From IMG/VR virus record IMGVR_UViG_3300032782_000001, positions 124,001 through 188,000 of that record: a stretch of 64,000 bases of DNA, one strand, 5' to 3'. Numbering within the stretch: the first letter of the stretch is position 1; every line of letters starts with the position of its first letter. Of the stretch, positions 26,836 through 37,593 are shown piece by piece. Below the pieces are notes generated by a model. It was not told the origin of the DNA. It saw only the letters and a program-made list of their open reading frames with translations, and searched no databases. The position numbers were made by a program, and so were the translations under genes.

Positions 26836-27357
26836 GTGCCGAATGGGTTGAAAGTCAATAGTATTTCCATTCAATCTGAACCTGTTTCTCGTGTCATGGG
26901 AGATCTTTGGATGGGTGGATTACCCCCTATTGGCACTCCCGTATCCGAGCATTTCGATTGTCTTGTGCTCGCGGCAATGGAATACCAATGTGATTGGGAC
27001 TATCCAGGAGTGGAAGTAGTCTTAGCACCATTAAATGATGATGGTAATCCTATGACGCGAGACGAAATGTCTCACGCTGTCCGAGCAGCCGGACGTGTTT
27101 CCAGATGGTTGATGGAAAGGAAGTCCGTACTGGTAACCTGTCGTATGGGTAAGAATAGGTCTGGTCTCATATGTGCATTGACCTTATGCTGTGGACCTAC
27201 TGGTCTAACTCCAGAACAGGCTGTTTCCAAAATTCGAGCAGCCCGAGGTCAAAATGCTTTAGGAAACCGTCAGTTTTTGAAATTCATCAAGGAATTTTAC
27301 GAACTAAGAGCCGACTCTCTAAAAGGAGTTGATAGGCTTCGTTCGGAGATACCTTAG
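26836..27357 (+). CDS. Dual-specificity (Cys-based) phosphatase
   Basis: VLVTCRMGKNRSG (CX5R). Confidence 0.85.
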   Translation: MPNGLKVNSISIQSEPVSRVMGDLWMGGLPPIGTPVSEHFDCLVLAAMEYQCDWDYPGVEVVLAPLNDDGNPMTRDEMSHAVRAAGRVSRWLMERKSVLVTCRMGKNRSGLICALTLCCGPTGLTPEQAVSKIRAARGQNALGNRQFLKFIKEFYELRADSLKGVDRLRSEIP

Positions 27358-27844
27358 GACTGGCATTGAAATGAATGTGTCCCGCCATGGGACCATCCCA
27401 TTTCCAAGCCCAATCACCATTCAAATAATTATTACGTCCGCACCATTCCACCAAGGCGAACCGACACATTCGTTCCATAGCCTGGACGAGGAGAATGTCA
27501 TTAGGTGGAGTTTGACTATTTTGCGATTTAATCTTTTTGGAAATTTCTTCTAATTTAGAGGCCACTTGAACAACTAGGTCGTCGGACCATCGTGATAAAA
27601 TCTCGTGTGGGTTTTCCAAGCCGGTCGGTTCCAGACACATTGATATCAACTGGAAGAAGGCTTCTACTCCATCGTTATTATTTGGAATCATGTCCTTGAC
27701 ATGTTCTTGTAGTAAAACAGAAACAGACTCTTTCAAAAAGAGTCGTTTGGTTTGGTTTTTTCCGTCTTCTTGTTGAGACAAGGTTCCCTCCGAATCATTA
27801 TGGTACACCTGAATTCGTAAGAAAAGTACCGTCCAGTATGACAC
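27287..27844 (-). CDS. Hypothetical protein (true start probably downstream of 27844)
   Basis: Only long ORF in the interval. Confidence 0.45.
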   Translation of the reverse strand: MSYWTVLFLRIQVYHNDSEGTLSQQEDGKNQTKRLFLKESVSVLLQEHVKDMIPNNNDGVEAFFQLISMCLEPTGLENPHEILSRWSDDLVVQVASKLEEISKKIKSQNSQTPPNDILLVQAMERMCRFALVEWCGRNNYLNGDWAWKWDGPMAGHIHFNASPKVSPNEAYQLLLESRLLVRKIP

Positions 27845-28194
27845 TGGCGGCTCGAGAGATCAAGAAGCAGTTATTGATTAAATCTGTGGGATATGGAGTG
27901 ATGATGGCTGAAGTGGTTCCCACTCCGGAACGGACGCTTCCAGCCAATGGTCATTTAGGAGAGCATTCCAAGGAACTCGACAAATTTGTTCGCATGTCAG
28001 GAATGGAAGTACAAGAAGTTTTAGCGGATCCAGAAGACCCTTCCAAAGCTGTCATTCTTTTACCTGAAGGTCTGCCTCCTTGCATTCACGAGAAGAATCA
28101 AACCGGGGATGAAGATTGGGCCCGTTTACAACGGATTCTGGAGGTTACGGGGAACCAGCGCCTAGCATCAAGGTTGGAATTGCTGAAGACATGA
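27838..28194 (+). CDS. Hypothetical protein
   Basis: gTACCGT-N5-ATG. Confidence 0.55.
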   Translation: MTLAAREIKKQLLIKSVGYGVMMAEVVPTPERTLPANGHLGEHSKELDKFVRMSGMEVQEVLADPEDPSKAVILLPEGLPPCIHEKNQTGDEDWARLQRILEVTGNQRLASRLELLKT

Positions 28195-28220
28195 GTTCTG
28201 GTGTACTTATCAGGTGAATT

Positions 28221-28568
28221 TTGACCAAAGAAGAAGACGAGAGGACGGCATTCGAAATATGGTGCTGTTTTTATTTCGCGCGGGCCGTCTTCGGAAAACT
28301 CGTACAAGAGTATCCATCACCAGGTCTACTTGGAGGAGCCAAGGACAAACTCCGAGTCTTAGAAAACGACGCAGCATTGGCCAAGAATGCAAAGCGGGCT
28401 ATTTCTATTCGACGGATCCCATTCATCTCGTTGGAAATAGGCCGGAGAGAAGCTGCGGTGTTGTCCGACAAAAGTTATCAAGAACTCCGCGAAACGGCGC
28501 TCCGGAGTCCATGCCTGGACGAAATGGCAACCTGGGAAGTAATTGTAGCTCTAGTCATGGACTCGTAA
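28221..28568 (+). CDS. Hypothetical protein with VMDS tag
   Basis: Ends WEVIVALVMDS*. Confidence 0.6.
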   Translation: MTKEEDERTAFEIWCCFYFARAVFGKLVQEYPSPGLLGGAKDKLRVLENDAALAKNAKRAISIRRIPFISLEIGRREAAVLSDKSYQELRETALRSPCLDEMATWEVIVALVMDS

Positions 28569-28750
28569 AACTCCCTTCATACATACCTTCGGTATTGAAT
28601 CCGAAAGATGTAAAAAGGGCTTTGGAAGAAGCCAATTTAGTATTGGTTCATGGACATGTAAGAAACCGTCAGTTTACTGATTCCGCATTCATTCTAGCCT
28701 TTCTCTTCCTCATTATCGCAACAATGTTAGTAACTTCGTGTTAAACAGCA

Positions 28751-29953
28751 GTGGAACTACGAACGAAAAATACTCCCGTCCACGGGTTGGACTTAGTTGG
28801 TAGGTATTCCAAAGAAGTTCGTGCGATCCCTCTTTTATCCAGGGACGACGAAGAGAACTATTTCAGAAGAATCGATAGCGCTGAATCTGAATATGTCAAA
28901 CACATTTTGAGTCATCCGGACGCTAAAAGCCTACTCCGAAATTTAGTAAGGCAATCTTTTTCCAGGGAAGATTCCACGATCATCCCTCTTTTGGAATCTG
29001 TCATTTCTTCAATGCATCGCAAGAATGCAGTAGAAATGACTGCGATCCTTGTTCCACAATCTCGATTTTCTGATGGCATGAGGAAGTGGCTCGATGACCT
29101 ACCTTGCGAAATGAAATCCACTAAATCTGTTCGGACTTCCACAATCTGGATGAAGAAACTATCAAAATTGTGGATGAACCGAATTGATATCAAATCACAA
29201 TTTGTCCAAGCAAATCTTCGCCTAGTGATGATGATCGCTCACAAATATGCGAGGACAGCCAATTCACTGAGTTTCCTTGATTTAGTTCAAGATGGTAATA
29301 TTGGCCTAATGAGGGCCGTCGACAAATTCGACTTGGTCCGAGGGAACCGATTTTCTACTTATGCAGTTTGGTGGATCCGCCACAGTATTAAACGATCTTT
29401 GCAAGATTGCGACAAAACTGTTCGAATTCCCGTTCATATTTCAGATAGAATGTCTCAAATGGCGAAAGTAGAACAATCATTTTATACTCAGTTCGGTAGC
29501 AGACCGGACAATAGAATTATCGCCCATGAATTAACTGTTCCTGTCGGCAAAATCAAGGCGATGGAATCCGTCCGTCGTATTTCAGTTACTTCTATTGACG
29601 CACCCGTGAATTTCATGGAAGATGGGTACGTTCTTTCGGAGGTCATCCAAGACAAGGAAACACCTTCACCACTGGAAGAACTCACGAAGGTGCGCATGTC
29701 TGGTGATGTAGATCAGGCGCTAAAAAGGTTGACCGAGCGGGAAGCTCTCGTTTTAAGGATGAGGTTCGGGTTCGGATTCCAGGAGCATACTCTCCAAGAA
29801 ATCGCCACCAAGTGGGGGCTCTCTAGAGAGAGAATTCGACAAATTGAAGCTGAAGCACTTTCCCATTTGCGTGGGAATCAGCTATTGAAAGATTATACTG
29901 AAGGAACGCCCAAACGGTTCAAAAAGCGCTCCATTGTATCGTGTCGTCCGTGA
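28751..29953 (+). CDS. RpoD/RpoS-like sigma factor
   Basis: ANLRLV, DLVQDGNIGLMRAVDKFD, RFSTYAVWWIR, RERIRQIE. Confidence 0.93.
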   Translation: MELRTKNTPVHGLDLVGRYSKEVRAIPLLSRDDEENYFRRIDSAESEYVKHILSHPDAKSLLRNLVRQSFSREDSTIIPLLESVISSMHRKNAVEMTAILVPQSRFSDGMRKWLDDLPCEMKSTKSVRTSTIWMKKLSKLWMNRIDIKSQFVQANLRLVMMIAHKYARTANSLSFLDLVQDGNIGLMRAVDKFDLVRGNRFSTYAVWWIRHSIKRSLQDCDKTVRIPVHISDRMSQMAKVEQSFYTQFGSRPDNRIIAHELTVPVGKIKAMESVRRISVTSIDAPVNFMEDGYVLSEVIQDKETPSPLEELTKVRMSGDVDQALKRLTEREALVLRMRFGFGFQEHTLQEIATKWGLSRERIRQIEAEALSHLRGNQLLKDYTEGTPKRFKKRSIVSCRP

Positions 29954-30519
29954 AGGATGTAAGAGTATATTTTGTAGGAGCCCATGCCACTGGGAAAACT
30001 ACTTTAGCTCGATATGTCTCTCGAAGATTTGGACTCCCATTGTTGACGGAAGTAGCAAGATCGGTTCTTGCTGAACGAGAACTGACGATTCAGTCACTCA
30101 GGTCAGATCTTGAAGTGGTTGATGCTTACCAGTCCGCAGTATTCCAACGGCAAGTCGCTGAGGAATCAAAACATCAGACATTCGTTTCGGACAGGAGCTT
30201 TGATAATTTAGCCTATGCTGCACAACACGCGAGGATTCTGCATGGACTGATCGATTCGGCAGGCTTGGAATGCTACGTCCAATCTCTCCAAAAAGAAGAG
30301 ACCATTATCTTCTTTGTTCGGCCGTCTCAAATTACTCTCAAAGATGATGGTGTCAGAGAATCAGTAGCCTGGGACGATGTTATTGCCATCGATGCATGTG
30401 TAAAATTCATGCTTGAAATGTGGGGGCTTCGTTATTTCACGCTTTCCATGTCGTCTTTGCAAGAAAGAGCTCGATTGGTGGATGCTGTCTTAGGGATGAC
30501 TGGGCTTTCTCCACTGTAA
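29950..30519 (+). CDS. P-loop nucleotide kinase (AAA_28-like)
   Basis: GAHATGKTT, EVARS, SDRSFDNLAY. Confidence 0.8.
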   Translation: MKDVRVYFVGAHATGKTTLARYVSRRFGLPLLTEVARSVLAERELTIQSLRSDLEVVDAYQSAVFQRQVAEESKHQTFVSDRSFDNLAYAAQHARILHGLIDSAGLECYVQSLQKEETIIFFVRPSQITLKDDGVRESVAWDDVIAIDACVKFMLEMWGLRYFTLSMSSLQERARLVDAVLGMTGLSPL

Positions 30520-30538
30520 TTCTTCTCTGGAGGCTCAC

Positions 30539-31831
30539 ATGTCCAACGAAAGTCAAAATCGGGTAGTTCATATCATTGGAGGCGGTACGACCGCTCATGT
30601 GAGGCCTCATTTAGGAATTTCAGCTAATGCATATGGAGGAACGGCGCGCAGATTGGCTTCAATGTGTAAGGAACGATGGGGGAATGGAATTGACATCCAA
30701 CTTCATCTGACGAAGATGGCATCTGCTGGAGCGAGTTCACTCGAAACGAATCACGACGTTCACAATCTCCTCAAAAATCTAGTATCAGACCCGACCACTA
30801 AAGTCATTTTCATGCCAGTGGCCCTGTGTGATTACACAGGGAGCGTGATGAGCAACGGTATTGCGACCAATAGTGGTACGACACAACCGCGTCTGAAGAG
30901 TCGAGATGGACAACAGCTCATGCTGCTCGTACCTGCTGATAAGCTCATCGGAGGAATCCGTAAATATCGGAAGGATATTTTCCTCGTTGGATTCAAAACG
31001 ACGACTTCAGCATCAGAAGATGAGCAATACTTCGCAGGTCTAGACCTGGTTAAAAGGTCCTCATGCAATTTGGTCCTGGCCAATGATCTACACACAGGAC
31101 TGAATATGACGGTCACCCCCGAACAGTCTCGATATCATGTGACCAAGGATCGGAATGAAGCGCTCCGAGGCCTCGTTGATATGGCTTATCTCCGATCCAA
31201 ACTTCATTTCACAAGGTCCACCGTAGTGAACGGAGAACTTGTGAAATGGGACTCTCCCGAGATCCCTAATTCCCTAAAGATTGTTGTTGAACACTGTATC
31301 AGCAGGGGTGCTTACAAACCGTTCCTTGGTTCCACCAACGGACATTTTGCGGCAAAATTATCAGATGGAATGATTGCCACTAGTGTCCGGAAAACTGATT
31401 TCAACAATATTCGAACTGCAGGCTTGGTGAGAGTAGAACCTGTTGGAGAAGATAAGATCATAGCATATGGTGGGAAACCGTCAGTAGGCGGACAAAGTCA
31501 GAGATACGTTTTTGCTCAGGTGCCAGAAGCCGATTGCATTGTTCATTTCCACTGCCCAGTCAAGACTGGGTCACGTGTTCCAATTCGGTCCCAGAGGGAG
31601 TTTGAATGTGGCTCCCATGAATGTGGGCAAAACACGAGTTCTGGACTCCAAAAGTTTGGAAACCTTTGGGCTGTCATGTTAGATCAACATGGACCCAATT
31701 TGGCTTTCCACAGCTCAATTGACCCTCAAGAAGTAATCCAATTCATTGAAGCGAATTTTGATTTGCTCGGTAGAACTGATGGGGTGATTGCCGAAGTGAA
31801 CATTCCGGAAATGGAGTATCCGATGATGTAA
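30539..31831 (+). CDS. CoaB/DFP-like domain fused to class II aldolase-like domain
   Basis: GGGT..., VALCDY, LVGFK, LVLAND; C-terminal KPSVG, VHFH, HG. Confidence 0.65.
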   Translation: MSNESQNRVVHIIGGGTTAHVRPHLGISANAYGGTARRLASMCKERWGNGIDIQLHLTKMASAGASSLETNHDVHNLLKNLVSDPTTKVIFMPVALCDYTGSVMSNGIATNSGTTQPRLKSRDGQQLMLLVPADKLIGGIRKYRKDIFLVGFKTTTSASEDEQYFAGLDLVKRSSCNLVLANDLHTGLNMTVTPEQSRYHVTKDRNEALRGLVDMAYLRSKLHFTRSTVVNGELVKWDSPEIPNSLKIVVEHCISRGAYKPFLGSTNGHFAAKLSDGMIATSVRKTDFNNIRTAGLVRVEPVGEDKIIAYGGKPSVGGQSQRYVFAQVPEADCIVHFHCPVKTGSRVPIRSQREFECGSHECGQNTSSGLQKFGNLWAVMLDQHGPNLAFHSSIDPQEVIQFIEANFDLLGRTDGVIAEVNIPEMEYPMM

Positions 31832-31864
31832 AACACTGGGCCCTTTCTAGGACGGCATACTAAA

Positions 31865-32200
31865 GTGTCTGATCAAAACGAAAAGAAACCCGGTCGGGAT
31901 TACGTCATACTCGGACCCAAAGACGAAAACGGAAATCCCGTTTGTATTCGTCATAAACCGGATCATACTATCCAAGTGGGAACCATCATCCCCACTCGTG
32001 ATGGTGTTCCGATTCATCCAGGATCCGAAATTGTAAAGCTGACATCCGATGGTGGGCCTTGCATGGATGTCGAAGTCCTGTACGACGGAAGTTCAGAGTC
32101 CACCGGGACAACCAAAGGACCGGCAAAGGTTACGACGCAAGCTTATAGAGAGTCATGGGACAGGATTTTTGGTTCAAAACCTGTGATTGGTAGTGCCTGA
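31865..32200 (+). CDS. Hypothetical protein
   Basis: GPAKVTTQAYRESWDRIFG C-terminal motif. Confidence 0.6.
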   Translation: MSDQNEKKPGRDYVILGPKDENGNPVCIRHKPDHTIQVGTIIPTRDGVPIHPGSEIVKLTSDGGPCMDVEVLYDGSSESTGTTKGPAKVTTQAYRESWDRIFGSKPVIGSA

Positions 32201-32220
32201 GGTGTAGAGTTTCCATCGCC

Positions 32221-32547
32221 ATGGTGGAAGACTCCAAATTAGAATGTCGGGACCTCAAGTTGGACTGCCAAGAAGAACTGGAAGAGATTTCCAAGAAATA
32301 TCCGCGGGGGATCTACGTTCATCACAAAGGCGGATTGTACTGCCTTTATTCGATGACAGTTCACGAATCTCTTTTATTGCCATTATTCCATTATTATAGT
32401 CTTCAAAAGAAAGTCCGCTGGACTCGAGATTTTGTTGCTTGGACTTCCATAGTCCAACGTGACGATCAAGAAATCCCGAGATTTAAGTTCTTGCGCGACG
32501 CGACACGCCAAGAACTGCTGGAAGCTTGTGGACTGGAATTGCCATGA
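32221..32547 (+). CDS. DUF1653-like protein
   Basis: GIYVHHKGGLY...WTR...PRF. Confidence 0.65.
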   Translation: MVEDSKLECRDLKLDCQEELEEISKKYPRGIYVHHKGGLYCLYSMTVHESLLLPLFHYYSLQKKVRWTRDFVAWTSIVQRDDQEIPRFKFLRDATRQELLEACGLELP

Positions 32548-33110
32548 AAAATTCTGCAGAACAAATTTCTCTATTTCCGAAACGTCCATACAATCAACCG
32601 GGAGATCCGGCGTCATATTCAGAAAAGCCCGTGCCTTTGTCTGAAGCAGATGTCTTTTGGATGAAAGACATGAACAAACGGATTTGGAAGCCATGCGCTC
32701 CAGATAGATTTGGTCATGTCATATATACCGATGACGGTAGTATTTCTGTGGAAGAACAAGATAAGATATTCCGACTTATCCGAGAATGCAAATTGATGAC
32801 CACAATGGGTTGTGGTATGTTTGGACTTTCGGGATATTCCATGGGGGTGTGGAACCATCCTGAATTCCCTGGTTTAGGACCAGAACACCTCATGACCTTA
32901 ACAGATGGTCATCTTCCGGCGCCGTCTAAAGAAGTAATGTCCCGGTTCAATAAGGGAGAGGAACGCCAGGCGGTATGCGAAAATGCCTGGATCCTATTTT
33001 CTCAGTTCACCCATTCTCCAACTAATTTAAAACTAATTGAGCTCTACAAGAGCGAATCGCGCGGAAGTAAAATTGAACCTCCACAAGCCCGTTCTTATTA
33101 CGATTATTAG
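32544..33110 (+). CDS. Hypothetical protein
   Basis: ATGA overlap. Confidence 0.55.
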   Translation: MKNSAEQISLFPKRPYNQPGDPASYSEKPVPLSEADVFWMKDMNKRIWKPCAPDRFGHVIYTDDGSISVEEQDKIFRLIRECKLMTTMGCGMFGLSGYSMGVWNHPEFPGLGPEHLMTLTDGHLPAPSKEVMSRFNKGEERQAVCENAWILFSQFTHSPTNLKLIELYKSESRGSKIEPPQARSYYDY

Positions 33111-33317
33111 TTGATGCTAAAAATGGCTGTGGCATTTCTGATTGGAACGTTTACAGGAGCTTTCATTTGGGAACATGCCCGAAGAATGTTCCAGTTCCCA
33201 CAGACCCCTCCGAAACCGAATGGGAAACTGGATTCCGAGTGGAGGAGTGATCATCCGAAGCCCAAAAACTGGCGCGATGTGAACTAAATTGACATAAATC
33301 CAATGTATTCATGAACG

Positions 33318-33638
33318 ATGGACAAAGACCAATCTTCAGGCATCCCCGATGTAGTCGTTACTGTTGACGGATTTACCGTATCCTACTCCTTCGACGTTTA
33401 TCAAGGAGGATTGAAATCATCTAATTTCGTGTCAATGAATTTCAAAACTTCTCGACCTGTTACTCCGGAAGAAGCTGTTATTTTGGAAGTAACTCACAGT
33501 TCCATTGTCACAGATGCAGCAGTTTATGACGCACTGGCGCGAGGTGCCATTGACACAGAGACGGCGAATGACCTGATTCGGCAGTCTCGAGAACGCCATA
33601 CCAAAATCGCTCAAAAGCTTACCGATAAGCTTAAGTGA
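33318..33638 (+). CDS. Hypothetical protein
   Basis: 106-aa ORF. Confidence 0.55.
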   Translation: MDKDQSSGIPDVVVTVDGFTVSYSFDVYQGGLKSSNFVSMNFKTSRPVTPEEAVILEVTHSSIVTDAAVYDALARGAIDTETANDLIRQSRERHTKIAQKLTDKLK

Positions 33639-33660
33639 CTGGTTGCTGTACGGTCGCTGA

Positions 33661-34458
33661 ATGCAGCAAGAGGCGCCTCTCACCAAAGAGAAACTCGATG
33701 CGATCTTAGACGAAATCGCAGAGTTCCGCGTCGACTTAGCTGAAGATCCGACACTTCCAGAACTCGGTACAAAGTACCTCCAGAGCAGCTTGGCTAAATG
33801 TCGAGCGTTCTTGAACAGGACTCATTATTATCTTCAATTAACCAAGAGATACGAAAAGGATCTCAAATCCAACCTCAAACTCTTGGAACTCAATGTAGAT
33901 CTCAAATTTAATGGTCTTTTAGCTGACGATGCCACTGTTCGTCAACAACCTTCCATTGATGACAGGAAAGCTCTTGCTATTTCAATGATGAACAGTGAAT
34001 ATGAAGAAATTGCCAAGCTCCGCGCATCTCTAATGGATGCGGAAGAGACCGTGAAACTCGTAAAGGCTAAATACGATGATCTAAACAGGACTAATTCTGA
34101 TATCAAGCTTCAACGTCATCTTGTGAAAGATGATAAGATGGATCAAATGACGGGAGGGGAGGGATACGAAAAGCCTCAAGCCCGTCAAGATAGAGTGGTA
34201 ACGGGCGGCCTAGCTCCGCCGGTGAAAGCAGAGCCAATTGACCCGAAAGACCTTCTGGACCCTAATCGGCGGCCAGAAGATATGCCAGAACCAGTTGACA
34301 TGGCTCATGCACAGCAAATTGCTGATTTCTTTTCGGGTCGATCTACCGGGAACGGAATTCAGGTTCACCAAGGTCCAGAATCACCCAAGTCAACTGAAGA
34401 GGAATCCGTCGATGAAGCGCCTCTTCAAGCTATATCCTACGATGACCTCCTCAGTTGA
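33661..34458 (+). CDS. Coiled-coil protein, possible UvsY-like recombination mediator
   Basis: Long helical region, acidic tail YDDLLS; lies in SSB-RuvC-RecA-SbcC cluster. Confidence 0.45.
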   Translation: MQQEAPLTKEKLDAILDEIAEFRVDLAEDPTLPELGTKYLQSSLAKCRAFLNRTHYYLQLTKRYEKDLKSNLKLLELNVDLKFNGLLADDATVRQQPSIDDRKALAISMMNSEYEEIAKLRASLMDAEETVKLVKAKYDDLNRTNSDIKLQRHLVKDDKMDQMTGGEGYEKPQARQDRVVTGGLAPPVKAEPIDPKDLLDPNRRPEDMPEPVDMAHAQQIADFFSGRSTGNGIQVHQGPESPKSTEEESVDEAPLQAISYDDLLS

Positions 34459-34554
34459 GGATTGAACTTTCAATGTAGGATCCTATTGCTAGACCGGGTG
34501 AGCCCCGGTCACCTTCAAGCGTATTCGCGTTCAAAGGAAGAGGAGAGGAGAGAC

Positions 34555-35430
34555 ATGAGCATCATGGAATTCGGGTTCGACGACTCCAAGGTTGTCAAGG
34601 CCCAAGGGATGGAGCAGTTCAAGCTGAGCAAGCCTGGTGAGAAGGCTCGCATCACGATCATCAGCTTCAAGCGCTTCCACGACGTGATCCTCGCCAACAA
34701 GGCGAAGGAGAAGGGTTCGGCCCTCACGGATGATGAGAAGGCCGATATCATCAAGCGCGTCGATTTGAAGCTATCGGAGAAGCTCAAGAAGAAGCCCGAA
34801 GAGATGACCGAGGTCGATCGTCTCGATATCTGCAATCCCAAGTTCTCTGTAGCATTTACTCACTACGGAGATGGCATCGGAACCATTCGTTGCCTCAGCA
34901 AGTACGAAGGCTCGACTTGCGTGAAGCCCGAACTTTGCTGTGACAAGCTCGGTGAGGCCGACCAAACGGTCGCCACGATTGTCATGCAATACCCGGTCGA
35001 TGACAATCTCGTCATCGACGGTGCGCTCCTCAAGGAGCGCAAGTATACCCATTTCTGGGTTTACAAGATGTCGGCCAAGAACTTCAAGAAGGTCGAGAGC
35101 GCGTACATCGATGCTCGCAGCGATGGCCGCCAGGTCGTCGACATGAAGGTCACCCTCGACGGCGATCCCAAGTTCAAGAAGCACCAGATCGACGCTGGCA
35201 CGAACGCATACTGGGCTCGTGAAGGATTCGACCCGGAGACCCGGGCTTGGATTCTGGATCAGGGTCTCCGTGCATGGAAGCATGTCGAGAACAACCTTGG
35301 TTTCGTGATGAAGCGTGAGACCTTGGTCGAGCGTCTTGGAGGCCAGGAGCAATCGGAGAAGGCACTTTCTGGCGGAGAGGCGTCCGCAGACGCTCCGAAG
35401 CTCGTGTCCTCTTACGAATCGCTCATCTGA
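34555..35430 (+). CDS. Probable ssDNA-binding protein (gp32-like)
   Basis: Strong SD, strong codon bias, H/C Zn ligands, own terminator, replication-cluster context. Confidence 0.5.
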   Translation: MSIMEFGFDDSKVVKAQGMEQFKLSKPGEKARITIISFKRFHDVILANKAKEKGSALTDDEKADIIKRVDLKLSEKLKKKPEEMTEVDRLDICNPKFSVAFTHYGDGIGTIRCLSKYEGSTCVKPELCCDKLGEADQTVATIVMQYPVDDNLVIDGALLKERKYTHFWVYKMSAKNFKKVESAYIDARSDGRQVVDMKVTLDGDPKFKKHQIDAGTNAYWAREGFDPETRAWILDQGLRAWKHVENNLGFVMKRETLVERLGGQEQSEKALSGGEASADAPKLVSSYESLI

Positions 35431-35446
35431 CGTATCTCGTCAGGAG

Positions 35447-35476
35447 GCGGGACGAGGGAATTACTCCTCGTCCCGC
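35447..35476 (+). terminator. Hairpin terminator
   Basis: GCGGGACGAGG-N8-CCTCGTCCCGC. Confidence 0.6.
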
Positions 35477-35483
35477 TCAGTTT

Positions 35484-36209
35484 ATGAAAACACTCGGCCT
35501 CGACCCGAGCTTGCGAGCTTATGGCTGGGCTATATACGACAGTGAAGCCCAGCCACGTAACAGGAGAGTAGCTTCTGGTCATGAGGGGACATTGCCACTT
35601 ACGATCCCCGTCGCCAGATTCATGCACTTCCGATCGATGGTATCAGATTTACTTGAAAAGTATTCTGTGGATGCCGTTGGTTTGGAAAGTCCGGCTTATG
35701 GTGGAGGGCCTTTCGCTGAAAATCACTTCGGTTTAATGATGTTTTCACTCGAATCTATTTTTGAAAAACGGAAAGATTGTGTGCTTTTCGATCCGACTAC
35801 TTTGAAATATCTTGTCGGGAAATCCAATGCCGGGAAGATGGACATCCAGAGATTTGTCCAATTGGATACAATGGACCCGGATGTCATCAACAATAATGAA
35901 GCGGATGCTTATTGTGTTGCCAGGGAAGCTGCTCGTTTCATGTTGGTGAAAGACACCAAAATCGATTTATCCCAACTTTCTGATCATGAAAGAATGGTAT
36001 TCATAGAACGCAAACGTAAGGTAAAAAACTCCACCGGAATGCTAAGACTGAAACGAACTGCTCATGCATTCCGTGAGAATAGTAGGTTTTTCAATTTCAG
36101 CAAAGTCCCGGCAGGAGATGTCAAGCTCCCGCAACGTTCAATGGTAAATAAGTCCCTATTACAGTGGCTCACGGACATGGACACTGTAAAAGAAGTGATG
36201 GAATCATAG
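35484..36209 (+). CDS. ruvC: RuvC-like Holliday junction resolvase with VMES tag
   Basis: LGLDPSL..YGW, GLE, PTTLK, K, NNEADA; ends KEVMES*. Confidence 0.8.
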   Translation: MKTLGLDPSLRAYGWAIYDSEAQPRNRRVASGHEGTLPLTIPVARFMHFRSMVSDLLEKYSVDAVGLESPAYGGGPFAENHFGLMMFSLESIFEKRKDCVLFDPTTLKYLVGKSNAGKMDIQRFVQLDTMDPDVINNNEADAYCVAREAARFMLVKDTKIDLSQLSDHERMVFIERKRKVKNSTGMLRLKRTAHAFRENSRFFNFSKVPAGDVKLPQRSMVNKSLLQWLTDMDTVKEVMES

Positions 36210-36226
36210 AACTGGTTGGAGGAGCG

Positions 36227-37555
36227 ATGGCGAAGGCAGAAGTTGGGAAGTGGCACCCGAAACTGGCGAGATTCCGAACGAATATCGAGAAGAGGACCAA
36301 CATTCGAGACGTATATTCGACGCCTTCCTTCGAAATCCCGTATATCAATTCGGGAAGCACTGTTTTAAACATGCTCATTGGTGGGTCGCGACTTGCGAAC
36401 ACTGGTAAATTCGTTTGCCCTGGTTGGCCACGGGGAAAAATCGTAGAAATTTTCGGGCGTGAAAGCTCCGGGAAATCAACCATCGCGATGACTGCGATGG
36501 CTCATGCTATTGCATCCAATGAGGGAACCGGGACCGGTGTTTATATCGATCTCGAATGTGCAGTCCAAGACACGTACGCCGTCAAACTTGGCGTGGATTT
36601 CCGGGACCCATCTCAAGGTGGGTCTGGTCAGGCCATCCGACTCCAGCCTCAAAATGCTGAGGATACAGAAACCATTGTTGGGGCTGCGGTCCATCAGGGT
36701 GTAGACCTGATCGTCATCGATTCTGTGGCTGCACTTATTCCCAGGAGGGAACAGAAGCGCGATGCCTCGAACGAAGAAGAGAAAAAGGGAGTAGCAGAAG
36801 TCCCGAGGTTCATGAGCGCTTGGCTTCCTAAGCTGACTGCCATGATCGCCAAGACCAAGACATGCGTCATCTTTCTCAACCAAACGCGGGATAAGATCGG
36901 AGCCAAAGGCTTCTCGGAAGAAGCTCTCAAAAGCACTACGGGTGGAAATGCACTGAAATTCTACTCGTCTGTTCGCATGCTTTTGAAGCCTCGAATGTCT
37001 ACGAAGGCCAAGGTATGGAACCCGATCATTAAAAAATTTGAAGATGTCCAAATTTCTGAGGACATCGAAGTAAAAATGATTAAAGATAAGCTGGATGCTA
37101 AGAAAGGCCACTCAGGTCTCATTACCATTCGGTACGGCGTCGGTATCGATGAACTCCGCACCATGCTGAATGTGGCGGAAGCATATGATATTGTCACCAA
37201 GAAGAAAAACGCAAAGAAGCAAGACGTGTTTAGCTTCAAATCTCCGAGTACCGGTCACATTGTGGAAGCAACGGGACTGGAAAAGTTTCGTCTTGCCATC
37301 AGCCGCCAAGAAGGTGGAGTTCTTCTGCAAGAGATGCTGAGTCTCGCGACAGACCGCATCATGCAAGGGTTCAAGATGTTGGACGACGAAGAATTGGCTG
37401 CGCTGGCAGATGATGCAGTCACGAAGCGTGAAGATGACGATGATGACTATGAAGCCGGTGAACCGCCGGAGATGGTCTACGAAGACGGCACCGACGAAGA
37501 AGATTCTTCGGGAGACGAATCCGAACCATCAGCCGTCACTACCATTGACGTCTGA
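36227..37555 (+). CDS. recA: RecA recombinase with acidic tail
   Basis: GRESSGKST, IVIDSVAAL, NQTRDKIG, TTGGNALKFYSSVR; SD GGAGG. Confidence 0.95.
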   Translation: MAKAEVGKWHPKLARFRTNIEKRTNIRDVYSTPSFEIPYINSGSTVLNMLIGGSRLANTGKFVCPGWPRGKIVEIFGRESSGKSTIAMTAMAHAIASNEGTGTGVYIDLECAVQDTYAVKLGVDFRDPSQGGSGQAIRLQPQNAEDTETIVGAAVHQGVDLIVIDSVAALIPRREQKRDASNEEEKKGVAEVPRFMSAWLPKLTAMIAKTKTCVIFLNQTRDKIGAKGFSEEALKSTTGGNALKFYSSVRMLLKPRMSTKAKVWNPIIKKFEDVQISEDIEVKMIKDKLDAKKGHSGLITIRYGVGIDELRTMLNVAEAYDIVTKKKNAKKQDVFSFKSPSTGHIVEATGLEKFRLAISRQEGGVLLQEMLSLATDRIMQGFKMLDDEELAALADDAVTKREDDDDDYEAGEPPEMVYEDGTDEEDSSGDESEPSAVTTIDV

Positions 37556-37593
37556 CCGATATTAGTCGAATACGACTGGTGTAGTCTTCCACA

